Origin: an uncultured Gammaproteobacteria bacterium
GTDB lineage: Bacteria > Patescibacteriota > Microgenomatia > Levybacterales > UBA12049
Direction of reading: 5' to 3'
NCBI GenBank assembly: GCA_964525395.1
Contig: CAZGGU010000003.1
Coordinates: forward strand, 2,883-66,882
Length of the DNA: 64,000 bases
The notes beneath the pieces were generated by a model that ran no database searches, had not been told where the DNA came from, and was given only the letters and a program-made list of their open reading frames with translations. Shown piece by piece: positions 1 to 7,718 of this stretch. Numbering within the stretch: the first letter of the stretch is position 1; each line of letters begins with the position of its first letter. The position numbers and the translations under genes are program-made.

Positions 1-79
1 ACAGTCTGCTCATATTGTCGAGAAGCAGGAGGGTTCAAGTGCGGAAATATTAGCCTTAGTTAAGGAATCAGCAGGGATC

Positions 80-757
80 ATGTTTCCTCAGTTTACAGAT
101 TTTGATCCAAGTGAGTTTGAAAATTATGATGAAGCTGCTGATGTGAATAAGAGGGGAAAGGTAGTAAGTTTGTATACAGAAGAAGGGCGAGCTGAAGAAA
201 GTCCAAGAATTCAATTTATTTTTCGAACAGATAATACTTTTGTTTTAAACTTTTATAACTCATCTGAGCCTAATACACCTTATACTCATAGAAATATTAC
301 AGATTCTTCCTATGCCCCAGGTGAAAGAAGATGGCGAGCGGATGAGGCGATGCTGGCACTGGGAAAAATTAAAATTAAAACAGAAGGAATTGATATTAAT
401 GACCCTAAGTTTCTTGGTCAGTATGTAGGCTGGAATGAAGCCGAAGAAAGATTTATTACCATGAAAGAGATCATTGATCAATCTGCTAATGCAAAAAAAT
501 TAAAGAAGAAGTTAAGAATAATTGATGCTTTAACGCCTGAAAAAGCTGCTCTGCTCGCAAGCGAAAGAATTAGACAGTCAGATACGGGTGAGCTTAGTGT
601 GTTCGCTACCCAGAGCGTGGATCATATTAATCTAAAGGATGATATAGGCAATAATTTAATTAGCACAGAGCTTAATAAAATCGATGCACAACTATGCTTA
701 CTAGGAGATAAGTTTGTAATTCCACGAATGAAAAGCGCGGTAGTGGTAACAGGCTAA
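80..757 (+). CDS. hypothetical protein; frame is open back to nt 2, so the true start may lie upstream of the window
   Basis: 678-nt ORF in AT-rich DNA. No in-frame stop between nt 2 and ATG 80. No recognisable motif. Confidence 0.45.
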   Translation: MFPQFTDFDPSEFENYDEAADVNKRGKVVSLYTEEGRAEESPRIQFIFRTDNTFVLNFYNSSEPNTPYTHRNITDSSYAPGERRWRADEAMLALGKIKIKTEGIDINDPKFLGQYVGWNEAEERFITMKEIIDQSANAKKLKKKLRIIDALTPEKAALLASERIRQSDTGELSVFATQSVDHINLKDDIGNNLISTELNKIDAQLCLLGDKFVIPRMKSAVVVTG

Positions 758-796
758 ATCTTTGATTAAAGTTATTTTTTATATTACTATTGATTA

Positions 797-1336
797 ATGG
801 ATAATAAGCCTACGATTACCAGAACTCCGATTGGATTATATCTGATAGATAGACCTACATTTTCAGATGATAGAGGTTTTTTTCGTGAACCAGTAAGAAT
901 AAAAGAGCTAGAGAAAGAAATGAACGAAGAGTTTGAGGTCGTCCAAATGAATCATGCAAGAAGTGAGAAAAATATCTTGCGTGGAATTCATATCGCTCCT
1001 TGGAATAAATTAATTTATGTACCTCGCGGTAAAGTTCAGTCTGTTCTAGTAGATCTTCGTCTTGGTTCTCCAACTTATGGTAAACATGAGTCATATATTT
1101 TGGGAGATGAAAATAAAACAGCGATCTTCGTTCCTAAGGGTTATGGTAATTCATATCTAGTTTTGTCTGATGAAGCAGATTATATTTATCTAACAGATAT
1201 GGAATGGGCTCCAGGACTAGAAAAAAGTTTAGCCTGGGATGATCCAAGGCTGGGGATTAAATGGGAAAGTTCGTCTCCAATTCTTTCAGAAAAAGATCAA
1301 ACAAATCCCACACTTCAAGAACTTCACCAGGCATAA
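797..1336 (+). CDS. RmlC-like cupin (dTDP-4-dehydrorhamnose 3,5-epimerase family)
   Basis: 179 aa. Segment RGIHIAPWNKLIYVPRGKVQSVLVDLR...FVPKGYGNSYLV resembles the RmlC double-stranded beta-helix core. Confidence 0.55.
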   Translation: MDNKPTITRTPIGLYLIDRPTFSDDRGFFREPVRIKELEKEMNEEFEVVQMNHARSEKNILRGIHIAPWNKLIYVPRGKVQSVLVDLRLGSPTYGKHESYILGDENKTAIFVPKGYGNSYLVLSDEADYIYLTDMEWAPGLEKSLAWDDPRLGIKWESSSPILSEKDQTNPTLQELHQA

Positions 1337-1358
1337 ATTCAGCAAAAATTAAGCAACT

Positions 1359-1367
1359 TGCTATAAT
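1359..1367 (+). promoter_or_regulatory. extended -10 element TGcTATAAT, 8 nt upstream of ATG 1376 (leaderless-type promoter)
   Basis: Perfect TATAAT preceded by TGn. No SD between it and the start codon. Confidence 0.5.
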
Positions 1368-1375
1368 CTAGTCTC

Positions 1376-2032
1376 ATGAGAATATTAATCGTCGAAGACG
1401 AACATAAAATCGCTAATTCCCTTAAGCAGGGTCTCACTCAGGAAGGATTCGTGGTGGATGTTTGTTTCGATGGTGAGTCAGGCTTGGATCTAGCAACTGA
1501 AGAAGAATTTGATTTGATTATTCTTGATCGTATGCTTCCTGGAATGGATGGAGTCGAGATTATAAAAAAGATGCGTGAGAAAAAAGTTCATACACCAGTT
1601 CTTTTTCTGACAGCCAAAGGACAAGTCACTGATAAAGTGGAGGGATTGAATGCTGGAGCTGATGATTATTTAGTTAAACCTTTTGCATTTACGGAGCTCC
1701 TTGCTAGAGTACGAGCGCTCATTAGAAGACCGAATAAATCTTTAGGAGATAAATTGATAATTGATAGTCTAACGCTTTCTCCAGATATTTTTGAAGTAAA
1801 GAGAGAAGGAAAGAAAATTGAATTATCTAATAAAGAATTTTCTCTTCTTGAGTATTTAATGCGACATCCAAATCAAATAATTAAAAAAGAACAAATAATT
1901 AATCATGTATGGAGCTATGAATCTGATGTCTTGCCAAATTCTGTGGAAGTTTATGTAAAACATCTTCGAGATAAATTAGGAAAACCGAATGTAATAACTA
2001 CTGTTAGAGGGTTCGGGTATAAAATAGGTTAA
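1376..2032 (+). CDS. OmpR/PhoB-family response regulator (receiver + winged-helix DNA-binding domain)
   Basis: MRILIVEDE...DLIILDRMLPGMDG...LTAKG...GADDYLVKPF receiver signature. C-terminal ...VRGFGYKI winged helix. Confidence 0.9.
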   Translation: MRILIVEDEHKIANSLKQGLTQEGFVVDVCFDGESGLDLATEEEFDLIILDRMLPGMDGVEIIKKMREKKVHTPVLFLTAKGQVTDKVEGLNAGADDYLVKPFAFTELLARVRALIRRPNKSLGDKLIIDSLTLSPDIFEVKREGKKIELSNKEFSLLEYLMRHPNQIIKKEQIINHVWSYESDVLPNSVEVYVKHLRDKLGKPNVITTVRGFGYKIG

Positions 2033-2033
2033 T

Positions 2034-3032
2034 ATGTTTTCTCGTGCAAGAATCAAATTAACTGCTTATTATCTTCTTATACTAATGTCGATTAGTATTT
2101 CATTTAGTGTAATTATTTTTCAATTAGTCAACGCAGATTTTAAAAGGTTAGAAAAAGTTCAAAACAGAATTCAGCGAGAATATAATCCAGAATTTATTGG
2201 TCCTCGACCGCCACATTTAACACCTCAAGAGTTAGAGCTAGTGGGAGAAGCGAGAAATAGATTTATACTTAATTTAATTTTTATTAATTTAGTGGTATTA
2301 ATGGGCGCTGGAACTGCTGCATATTTTCTTGCAGGAATGACATTAAAACCAATTAAAGAAATGATGGATGAGCAAAATAGATTTATTTCAGATTCTTCAC
2401 ATGAACTACGAACTCCACTAACCAATCTCCGTTCAGAAATAGAAGTGACGCTTAGAAATAAAAAATTAACTAAAGATGAAGCGGTAAAAATAATAGAGAG
2501 TAATTTGGAAGAAGTAATTGTTCTTCAGAAATTGTCAGATGAATTATTAGAATTGGTTCAAGGGAAAAATAAAATCGACAAAATAAATCTTGAGAAAATT
2601 TTAATTGGTAAAGTTATTGATCAGGCGTTAGATAAAACTAAAAGTATGGCGAAAATTAAAAATATAAAAATTGAAAATAAAGTAAAAAAAGGTTATACCT
2701 TGGCTGACGAATCAAGATTGACTCAGTTATTTACTATTCTTTTTGATAATGCCATTAAGTACTCGGATAGAAACGGTAAGATTCAAATTTCTTCAGTCAC
2801 TAATAAATCTAAAATTAAAATTAATCTAGAAAATGGTGGTACAGGAATAGACAAAGAAGACTTACCTTTTATTTTCGACAGATTTTATCGGGGAAGTAAG
2901 TCAAGAAGCGAAGACGGTCATGGTTTGGGTTTGTCAATTGCTAAGAAAATCACTGAAGAATTTCAAGGATCTATCTCAGCAAAGAGTGAAAATAATAAAA
3001 CCACTTTCATTTTAATCTTCCCTGCTGCTTAA
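2034..3032 (+). CDS. sensor histidine kinase (two TM segments, HisKA + HATPase_c)
   Basis: H-box SHELRTPLTNL. N/G boxes FDNAIKYSD and GGTGIDKEDLPFIFDRFYRG...GHGLGLSIAK. Starts 2 nt after the RR stop, so likely an operon. Confidence 0.85.
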   Translation: MFSRARIKLTAYYLLILMSISISFSVIIFQLVNADFKRLEKVQNRIQREYNPEFIGPRPPHLTPQELELVGEARNRFILNLIFINLVVLMGAGTAAYFLAGMTLKPIKEMMDEQNRFISDSSHELRTPLTNLRSEIEVTLRNKKLTKDEAVKIIESNLEEVIVLQKLSDELLELVQGKNKIDKINLEKILIGKVIDQALDKTKSMAKIKNIKIENKVKKGYTLADESRLTQLFTILFDNAIKYSDRNGKIQISSVTNKSKIKINLENGGTGIDKEDLPFIFDRFYRGSKSRSEDGHGLGLSIAKKITEEFQGSISAKSENNKTTFILIFPAA

Positions 3033-3084
3033 GCTTCATTTCAGTTTGCACTGCTAAATTATTCATATGAAAGGAGGTGAGAGA

Positions 3085-3561
3085 ATGAATAAAAAACTAT
3101 TACTACCAGCAGTAACTTTACTCGTAGTTGGAGCAAGTATTTTCGGTGTACATGGCGTTTTGGCGGCTGACACTGATAATCCAGAATCTACTCTTGTTCA
3201 AAAAATTGCAACAAAGTTTAATTTAAATCAAGACGAAGTTCAAAAAGTTTTTGATGAAGAACACGCTGTAAGAGAAGCAGAGATGCAAACTAAGAATGAA
3301 GATAGACTTTCTCAGCTGGTTACTGATGGAAAAATCACTGAAGCTCAAAAAACATTGATTTTAAATAAGCAGAAAGAGCTTAAAGCGAATAGGCCAGACA
3401 AAGACAGTTTTAAGAATTTGACGCCTGAAGAGAGAAAATCTCAGATGGAAGCGAAAAAGACTGAGTTAGAAAATTGGGCCAAGGAAAACGGAATAGATAT
3501 AAAGTATCTTTTCGGTTTCGGAGGTCATGGTTTTCGAGGCGGACCAGGAGTCAATAAATAA
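3085..3561 (+). CDS. secreted hypothetical protein (signal peptide, Gly-rich C-terminus)
   Basis: Strong SD AAGGAGGTGA at 3071-3080, 7 nt before ATG 3085. The track ORF starts at 3067, but the SD sits inside its first codons. N-terminus MNKKLLLPAVTLLVVGASIFGVHGVLA is signal-peptide-like. Confidence 0.6.
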   Translation: MNKKLLLPAVTLLVVGASIFGVHGVLAADTDNPESTLVQKIATKFNLNQDEVQKVFDEEHAVREAEMQTKNEDRLSQLVTDGKITEAQKTLILNKQKELKANRPDKDSFKNLTPEERKSQMEAKKTELENWAKENGIDIKYLFGFGGHGFRGGPGVNK

Positions 3562-3575
3562 TCATATATCGGATT

Positions 3576-3620
3576 CCCAAAAATCTCTTCTTTAACGGGA
3601 GATTTTTGGGTTTTTATTTT
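3576..3620. terminator. rho-independent terminator: 12-bp perfect stem CCCAAAAATCTC/GAGATTTTTGGG followed by TTTTTATTTT
   Basis: Inverted repeat read directly. The T-tract follows on the + strand. The hairpin overlaps the stop of the convergent minus-strand gene ending at 3592. Confidence 0.75.
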
Positions 3621-4620
3621 GAATAGACAAGCATCCAAAAATAAACAGACCGATGGATAGTAAAAGTTCACATGGTTCTTGCCACTGCCAATGTTTGCCA
3701 GAGAGGAAATTAATATGGATATAAAAAAAGAAAATTGGCAAAAAGTAAAAAATTAAATATTTAGAGGGAACAAAAGATTCATATTTTGTTCTTAACTTAT
3801 TAGGAAGAGCTGAAACAAGTAACCAAGCAAAAGAAAGAAAACCTGAGAAGACTAAATAAATATATGGTTGAAGTTCTTGAAGTCCATTTATGTTATGAAT
3901 GGTAGTCTCACCTTGAGCATTATTTACCTGAACTACTTCAGGAGAACTAATTCCAAAAATTCTTTGTCCCCATGAAATTTCTTCTCCTGTGATAAATAAT
4001 AATCCTAACCCAAAAATTAGAAAATAGATAAAAAATAATTTATTTGATTTGAAATATTTAAAAGAAATAGTAAAAAATAAAATTGATGAAAAGCCATAAA
4101 AAACTACTTGCAAATTTTCTAGTAAATTATCTTCTCGAATAATATCGTTAAAAACACCACCCGGCCAAGTTTTAATTAGAGCCATTATTCCTAAAAGTAG
4201 AAGAGAAATTAGAAAAATAAAGTTATTTTTGTTTTTGGTAATTTTAGATTTATCAAAAGTGAATATTCTTACGGAAAGGCTTATTAAAAATAGGAAAAAG
4301 ATTATTTCATAATGAATATGGAAATTTTGAAAAACAAAATTGGGATATGTAAATATTTCTAACAAAGTAAAAAGAATTGTGACACTAAAAGTTAAAGGTA
4401 GAATAATGAAAGAATTTATTTGATCAATTAATCTTGGGAGTTTGGTGGGTTTGTTTCTTAGTAAATTAAGTATAGAAAACAAGAATGTCATTAAGACCAA
4501 AAGTTGGATATTGAAGGGTAAATATTTTTCAATATATCCTTGATAAGAAAAAGATTCAACACCTACGAGAACAGTAGAAAGTGACGCAAGTACTAAAAAT
4601 AATAGGGCAGAGTAAGACAT
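3592..4620 (-). CDS. polytopic integral membrane protein, function unknown
   Basis: 342 aa with about 9-10 hydrophobic segments. No catalytic motif recognised. Confidence 0.55.
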   Translation of the reverse strand: MSYSALLFLVLASLSTVLVGVESFSYQGYIEKYLPFNIQLLVLMTFLFSILNLLRNKPTKLPRLIDQINSFIILPLTFSVTILFTLLEIFTYPNFVFQNFHIHYEIIFFLFLISLSVRIFTFDKSKITKNKNNFIFLISLLLLGIMALIKTWPGGVFNDIIREDNLLENLQVVFYGFSSILFFTISFKYFKSNKLFFIYFLIFGLGLLFITGEEISWGQRIFGISSPEVVQVNNAQGETTIHNINGLQELQPYIYLVFSGFLSFAWLLVSALPNKLRTKYESFVPSKYLIFYFLPIFFFYIHINFLSGKHWQWQEPCELLLSIGLFIFGCLSIQNKNPKISR

Positions 4621-5268
4621 TTATTTATCTTCGCTGATTAGTTTTTTAATTTCCTGAAGAGGATTGGGTGCCTCAGGTATGGTTGGGAGACTTATTTTTT
4701 TAAGTGGAAGAATAGGGGCTCCACTTTCCATCTGACGTTCAAGAGCTTTCTCAATTCCTTCAGTATTGGTTGGTTGAAGCATTTCAGCCAAAATTTCATC
4801 TTTGGAAATATCGATTTTATTTTTTTCAGCGATCTGGGTAACTAGCATAAGAATTTTAGTTATTTCTTTTTCTGAAATAAGCCCTATTTGATAATTAACT
4901 TCTTCTCGTAATTCATCTACTTTTGATTGTCTGTTTTGAGAGATTAGTACGAAAATAGCTAAAATAATTGCTTCAAGTGATACCGCGGTGGTTAATAGAT
5001 TAAAAGGATAAGGATCAAAAATTGGAAAGAATGGAATATAACCTTTATTTATTAATAACCAAAATACAAATACAATAAGATTAAATACAAGAAAGAGAAT
5101 TGTTCCAAAAGTTAAAGTCATCCAGTCAGCTAATTTTTCACTCGGTGTTCTATTCCTATTAGCTTTCGCTTTAAAACTTTTGATTACTCTTCGGCTTTTA
5201 CGAATTTCTTCCTGAAAAGGAGTATATGCTGACTGTTCTTTTGATATATCTTTTTCTTTGTTGCTCAT
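4621..5268 (-). CDS. DUF1003-family membrane protein with C-terminal coiled-coil region
   Basis: Motif FFPIFDPYPFNLLTTAVSLEAIILAIFVLISQNRQ matches the DUF1003 signature DPYPF...SLEA...SQNRQ. Paralogue of the 7020-7520 gene. Confidence 0.65.
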   Translation of the reverse strand: MSNKEKDISKEQSAYTPFQEEIRKSRRVIKSFKAKANRNRTPSEKLADWMTLTFGTILFLVFNLIVFVFWLLINKGYIPFFPIFDPYPFNLLTTAVSLEAIILAIFVLISQNRQSKVDELREEVNYQIGLISEKEITKILMLVTQIAEKNKIDISKDEILAEMLQPTNTEGIEKALERQMESGAPILPLKKISLPTIPEAPNPLQEIKKLISEDK

Positions 5269-5348
5269 AGTAAAAGCATCTCACTTTTCAATTTCTCTTG
5301 TCAAGCTCAAAAGTTGTAATTTATTGCAAATTATTTTATGTTTATAGG

Positions 5349-5978
5349 ATGCTTAAAAAGAAGCAAATAAATTTGATAATTGGAGTAATCGTTATAGTTT
5401 TTTCACTGCTGGCTGTCTTTTTTAGTAATCAGAATTCAAGCTTAATTGGAGTTGACTCCAGGGGCTCACTCAGTCCTACAGTAGAGGTTAAAGGAGAATC
5501 GGTAGTCCTCGAAATCACACCCTCAATTACTCCCGGGGAATCATTGCCTAATAAAACGCTTTATAGAGTCTTAAAGGTAATTGATGGAGATACTATCGAT
5601 GTAGCACTGGACGGTAAAAGTGAACGTCTTCGTTTGATCGGCATAAATACTCCTGAGACAGTAGATCCTAGAAAAGAAGTAGAGTGCTTCGGTCATGAAG
5701 CAAGTGATAAAGCTAAGGAGATTCTCAAAGATCAATTCGTAGTTCTAGAAAATGATCCTTCTCAGTCAGAGCGAGATAAGTATGGAAGACTCCTCCGATA
5801 TGTTTTTCTTCCAGACGGCACAAATTATAATTTGTTTATGATCGAAGAAGGGTTTGCATATGAATATACATATAATAGTGCTTATAAGTATCAAAAAGAA
5901 TTTAAAGCTGCTCAGGAGTATGCGCAAAATAATGGAAAAGGACTTTGGAGCTCCACTACTTGTTCTGGGGAAAAATAA
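5349..5978 (+). CDS. membrane-anchored/secreted thermonuclease (staphylococcal nuclease SNase-like)
   Basis: YRVLKVIDGDTIDV...ERLRLIGINTPET...ECFGHEASD...YGRLLRYVF resembles the SNase catalytic core. The track ORF begins with TTG at 5298. First ATG at 5349 gives MLKKKQINLIIGVIVIVFSLLAVFF, a signal-anchor. Confidence 0.8.
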   Translation: MLKKKQINLIIGVIVIVFSLLAVFFSNQNSSLIGVDSRGSLSPTVEVKGESVVLEITPSITPGESLPNKTLYRVLKVIDGDTIDVALDGKSERLRLIGINTPETVDPRKEVECFGHEASDKAKEILKDQFVVLENDPSQSERDKYGRLLRYVFLPDGTNYNLFMIEEGFAYEYTYNSAYKYQKEFKAAQEYAQNNGKGLWSSTTCSGEK

Positions 5979-6088
5979 ATTTTATAATAGATTCATGTTA
6001 ATCCGAGAAATTGTAAAGACCACCACCAACACCTTCCAGCTTAGCTGGGAGATGTGTTAGTGGAATAACTCCTAATTCCTCCAAGACA

Positions 6089-6113
6089 CCTCCCAACTAG
6101 CGGGAGGTTTTTT
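6089..6113 (+). terminator. rho-independent terminator CCTCCC-aactagc-GGGAGG + TTTTTT
   Basis: 6-bp GC stem, 7-nt loop, 6 T's. Lies downstream of the nuclease gene. Confidence 0.65.
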
Positions 6114-6124
6114 ATCATTAAAAA

Positions 6125-6153
6125 TTAACTGGTTAATAAATTAATGCGTTAAT
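6125..6153 (+). promoter_or_regulatory. two near-palindromes TTAACTGGTTAA and TTAATGCGTTAAT just upstream of the small acidic protein gene
   Basis: Same TTAAC-N2-3-GTTAA(C/T) motif family as the repeats around the four-helix-bundle gene at 58282-58310 and 58724-58736. Confidence 0.35.
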
Positions 6154-6175
6154 GAAATGAAGGGGGGTGAGTATT

Positions 6176-6373
6176 ATGGCAGAATTTGAAGGAAGAATTG
6201 ACGACGGTCATGAAGGTGAGGGAGTTTTATATTTCTCCTCAAGCTTGGATGAATTGCCAATGAACGTAGCTTTAGCTAAAAGATTGGATTCAATGAGCGA
6301 TGATGAATGGGAAGAAGTTCTGAAAAAGCATCTAGAGCTTGCTGAAAGATACGACGGACCAGGAGGCCCGTAA
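6176..6373 (+). CDS. small acidic hypothetical protein (65 aa)
   Basis: Strong SD GGGGGGTGA at 6162-6170, 5 nt before ATG 6176. Protein MAEFEGRIDDGHEGEG...DDEWEEVLKKHLELAERYDGPGGP. Terminator hairpins lie on both sides. Confidence 0.5.
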   Translation: MAEFEGRIDDGHEGEGVLYFSSSLDELPMNVALAKRLDSMSDDEWEEVLKKHLELAERYDGPGGP

Positions 6374-6381
6374 CATATTTG

Positions 6382-6408
6382 GCCGGGGCTAGTTCCCGGC
6401 TATCTTTT
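6382..6408. terminator. hairpin GCCGGG-gctagtt-CCCGGC followed by TATCTTTT; shared terminator for the convergent genes
   Basis: Inverted repeat read directly. Overlaps the stop codon of nth on the minus strand. Confidence 0.55.
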
Positions 6409-7023
6409 AACTATATATTCCCTTAAAGGACAATCAATATGTTTGCAGCGAGCGGTGCAATACTTCCTACCATACTCTGCGAATAGGTAAGAAATTTCTC
6501 CCCAATCTTTTTTAGGAAATGCATCCATAAGTTCTTTTTCAATTTTTACCACATCATCTGTATCAGCGAATCCGAACAGCTGAGCGAACCTTCTAGCATG
6601 AGTGTCAATGGCAATTCCCTCTGTCTTGCCATAAATAGTATAAAGAACCACATTGGCAGTTTTTCTACCTACTCCTGGAAGCTTGATAAGCTTTTCCATA
6701 GTGTCAGGCACAACTCCGTCATATTGTTCGTCTAGGATTTTAACTGCAGCCATAATATTTTTCGCTTTGGCTCTAAAAAGTCCAATTCGCCTTATATCTT
6801 GTTCAAATTCTAAGGGATCTGCTGCGGCGTAGTCTTTTACCGTGGGATATTTCTTAAAAAGATCGGCTGTGATGACATTTACCTGTTTGTCTGTGGACTG
6901 AGCAGACATGATGACAGCGATAAGAAGTTCATAAGGAGTGGTGTAGTTGATAGCAATATTAACATTAGGGAAAAGTTTTTCAAGCTTTTGGACTATTTTG
7001 ACGGCTTTTTCATTTTTGGTCAT
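6400..7023 (-). CDS. nth: endonuclease III (HhH-GPD DNA glycosylase with [4Fe-4S] loop)
   Basis: LPGVGRKTANVVL...IAIDTHARRF HhH-GPD motif with catalytic Lys/Asp context. C-terminal C-X6-C-X2-C-X5-C (CTARCKHIDCPLREYIVKR). Confidence 0.9.
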   Translation of the reverse strand: MTKNEKAVKIVQKLEKLFPNVNIAINYTTPYELLIAVIMSAQSTDKQVNVITADLFKKYPTVKDYAAADPLEFEQDIRRIGLFRAKAKNIMAAVKILDEQYDGVVPDTMEKLIKLPGVGRKTANVVLYTIYGKTEGIAIDTHARRFAQLFGFADTDDVVKIEKELMDAFPKKDWGEISYLFAEYGRKYCTARCKHIDCPLREYIVKR

Positions 7024-7520
7024 TTAATTTTCTTTTCTGGTGCAGGTGGAAGTTTTTCCATGGCGGCAATTTTTTGAGAGATAAATGTCATGGCATTTTT
7101 TATGTCATCAAGGTCTTTTTGGATATCTTCGACGTCTTCTTCAAGTTCTTCCTGCTCTTTATCTTCTTCTGCCTGCTCCTGATCTTCTTCCAAATCTCTA
7201 GCAGTTTCAATTAAGGCTTGTCGATTTTGACTAACCATAATAAAAGTAGCTAGAAATATGGCTTCGAGCGAAACAATCATGGTTAATAGTCCGAATGGGT
7301 ATGGGTCAAAAGGTGGGAACCAGCGGTTAATTCTAGGATCATTTAGGGCAAACCAGGCAATAAACCATATAGCATTAAGATAAACAAACCACATGCTACC
7401 CGCAAAACCGGTTATAAAGTCAGCTAGTCTACCTTCAAATGAGTGAAGTTTTTTAGCGATTTGTTCTGGAGTTGTGCTTTCCATCGGTAAGACTTGTGTT
7501 TCTTTTAGCTTTTTTTGCAT
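7020..7520 (-). CDS. DUF1003-family membrane protein with acidic coiled-coil tail
   Basis: WFPPFDPYPFGLLTMIVSLEAIFLATFIMVSQNRQ signature. Overlaps the nth start by 4 nt, so a likely operon. Paralogue of 4621-5268. Confidence 0.65.
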   Translation of the reverse strand: MQKKLKETQVLPMESTTPEQIAKKLHSFEGRLADFITGFAGSMWFVYLNAIWFIAWFALNDPRINRWFPPFDPYPFGLLTMIVSLEAIFLATFIMVSQNRQALIETARDLEEDQEQAEEDKEQEELEEDVEDIQKDLDDIKNAMTFISQKIAAMEKLPPAPEKKIK

Positions 7521-7661
7521 AATTTAATATTACCTTGCCTTGATTTGGTCAGTCAACCCAGGAGAATAAAGGAGCTTGTTTCTCTTGACCCCACCAATTT
7601 TAGCATTCAGCTTACCTACTATTCGTAGCGCGCTTCATGCTGCAATTTTGGAGGGGTCTTC

Positions 7662-7680
7662 GCTCCGATTAAATCGGAGC
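7662..7680 (+). other. 8-bp hairpin GCTCCGAT-taa-ATCGGAGC immediately upstream of the lon -35 box
   Basis: Perfect inverted repeat in the divergent promoter region. Confidence 0.3.
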
Positions 7681-7709
7681 TTGACACCTAGCAGGTCTTG
7701 TGATAGAGT
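7681..7709 (+). promoter_or_regulatory. sigma70-like promoter of lon: TTGACA-N17-TGaTAGAGT, ending 9 nt before ATG 7719
   Basis: Consensus -35, 17-nt spacer, extended -10. GAGTGCTAA at 7706-7714 equals the right half of a CIRCE element. Confidence 0.55.
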
Positions 7710-7718
7710 GCTAATACG

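Noticed and set aside
260-481. Antisense 73-aa ORF inside the 80-757 gene. The same applies to other nested or antisense ORFs in the track: 855-1094, 2225-2425, 5854-6060, 7688-7927, 7779-8000, 8569-8802, 10834-11238, 14256-14453, 14765-14983, 16761-16958, 17188-17451, 17563-17940, 18100-18282, 19166-19414, 19792-19974, 20115-20352, 20579-20827, 23783-24307, 25987-26340, 27577-28238, 30904-31098, 33355-33649, 34202-34423, 34731-35191, 39703-39909, 41202-41459, 47689-48042, 49197-49406, 49927-50409, 52434-52734, 53506-53694, 54017-54322, 57421-57651, 58878-59060, 59909-60442, 60871-61092 and 61934-62245.
   Set aside because: All lie inside longer ORFs with clear protein-family signatures on the other strand or frame. 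Their translations are low-complexity or stop-free only because of AT-rich composition. No independent signals.
797-1336. Assigning the cupin at 797 as a bona fide rmlC that belongs to the glycan locus
   Set aside because: It is about 10 kb away, across unrelated genes, and the family resemblance is only moderate. Left as RmlC-like without a gene symbol.
3067-3084. Track start codons at 3067, 5298, 6167, 39398 and 42806
   Set aside because: Each extension places an SD sequence inside the coding sequence or adds a non-homologous N-terminal extension. Downstream starts are better supported: ATG 3085, ATG 5349, ATG 6176, ATG 39452 and ATG 42893 (42893 overlaps the upstream stop).
7600-7714. Full CIRCE (HrcA) operator at lon
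   Set aside because: Only the right half GAGTGCTAA is exact. The properly spaced left half is degenerate (CTAGCAGGTC). Kept only as a low-interest finding.
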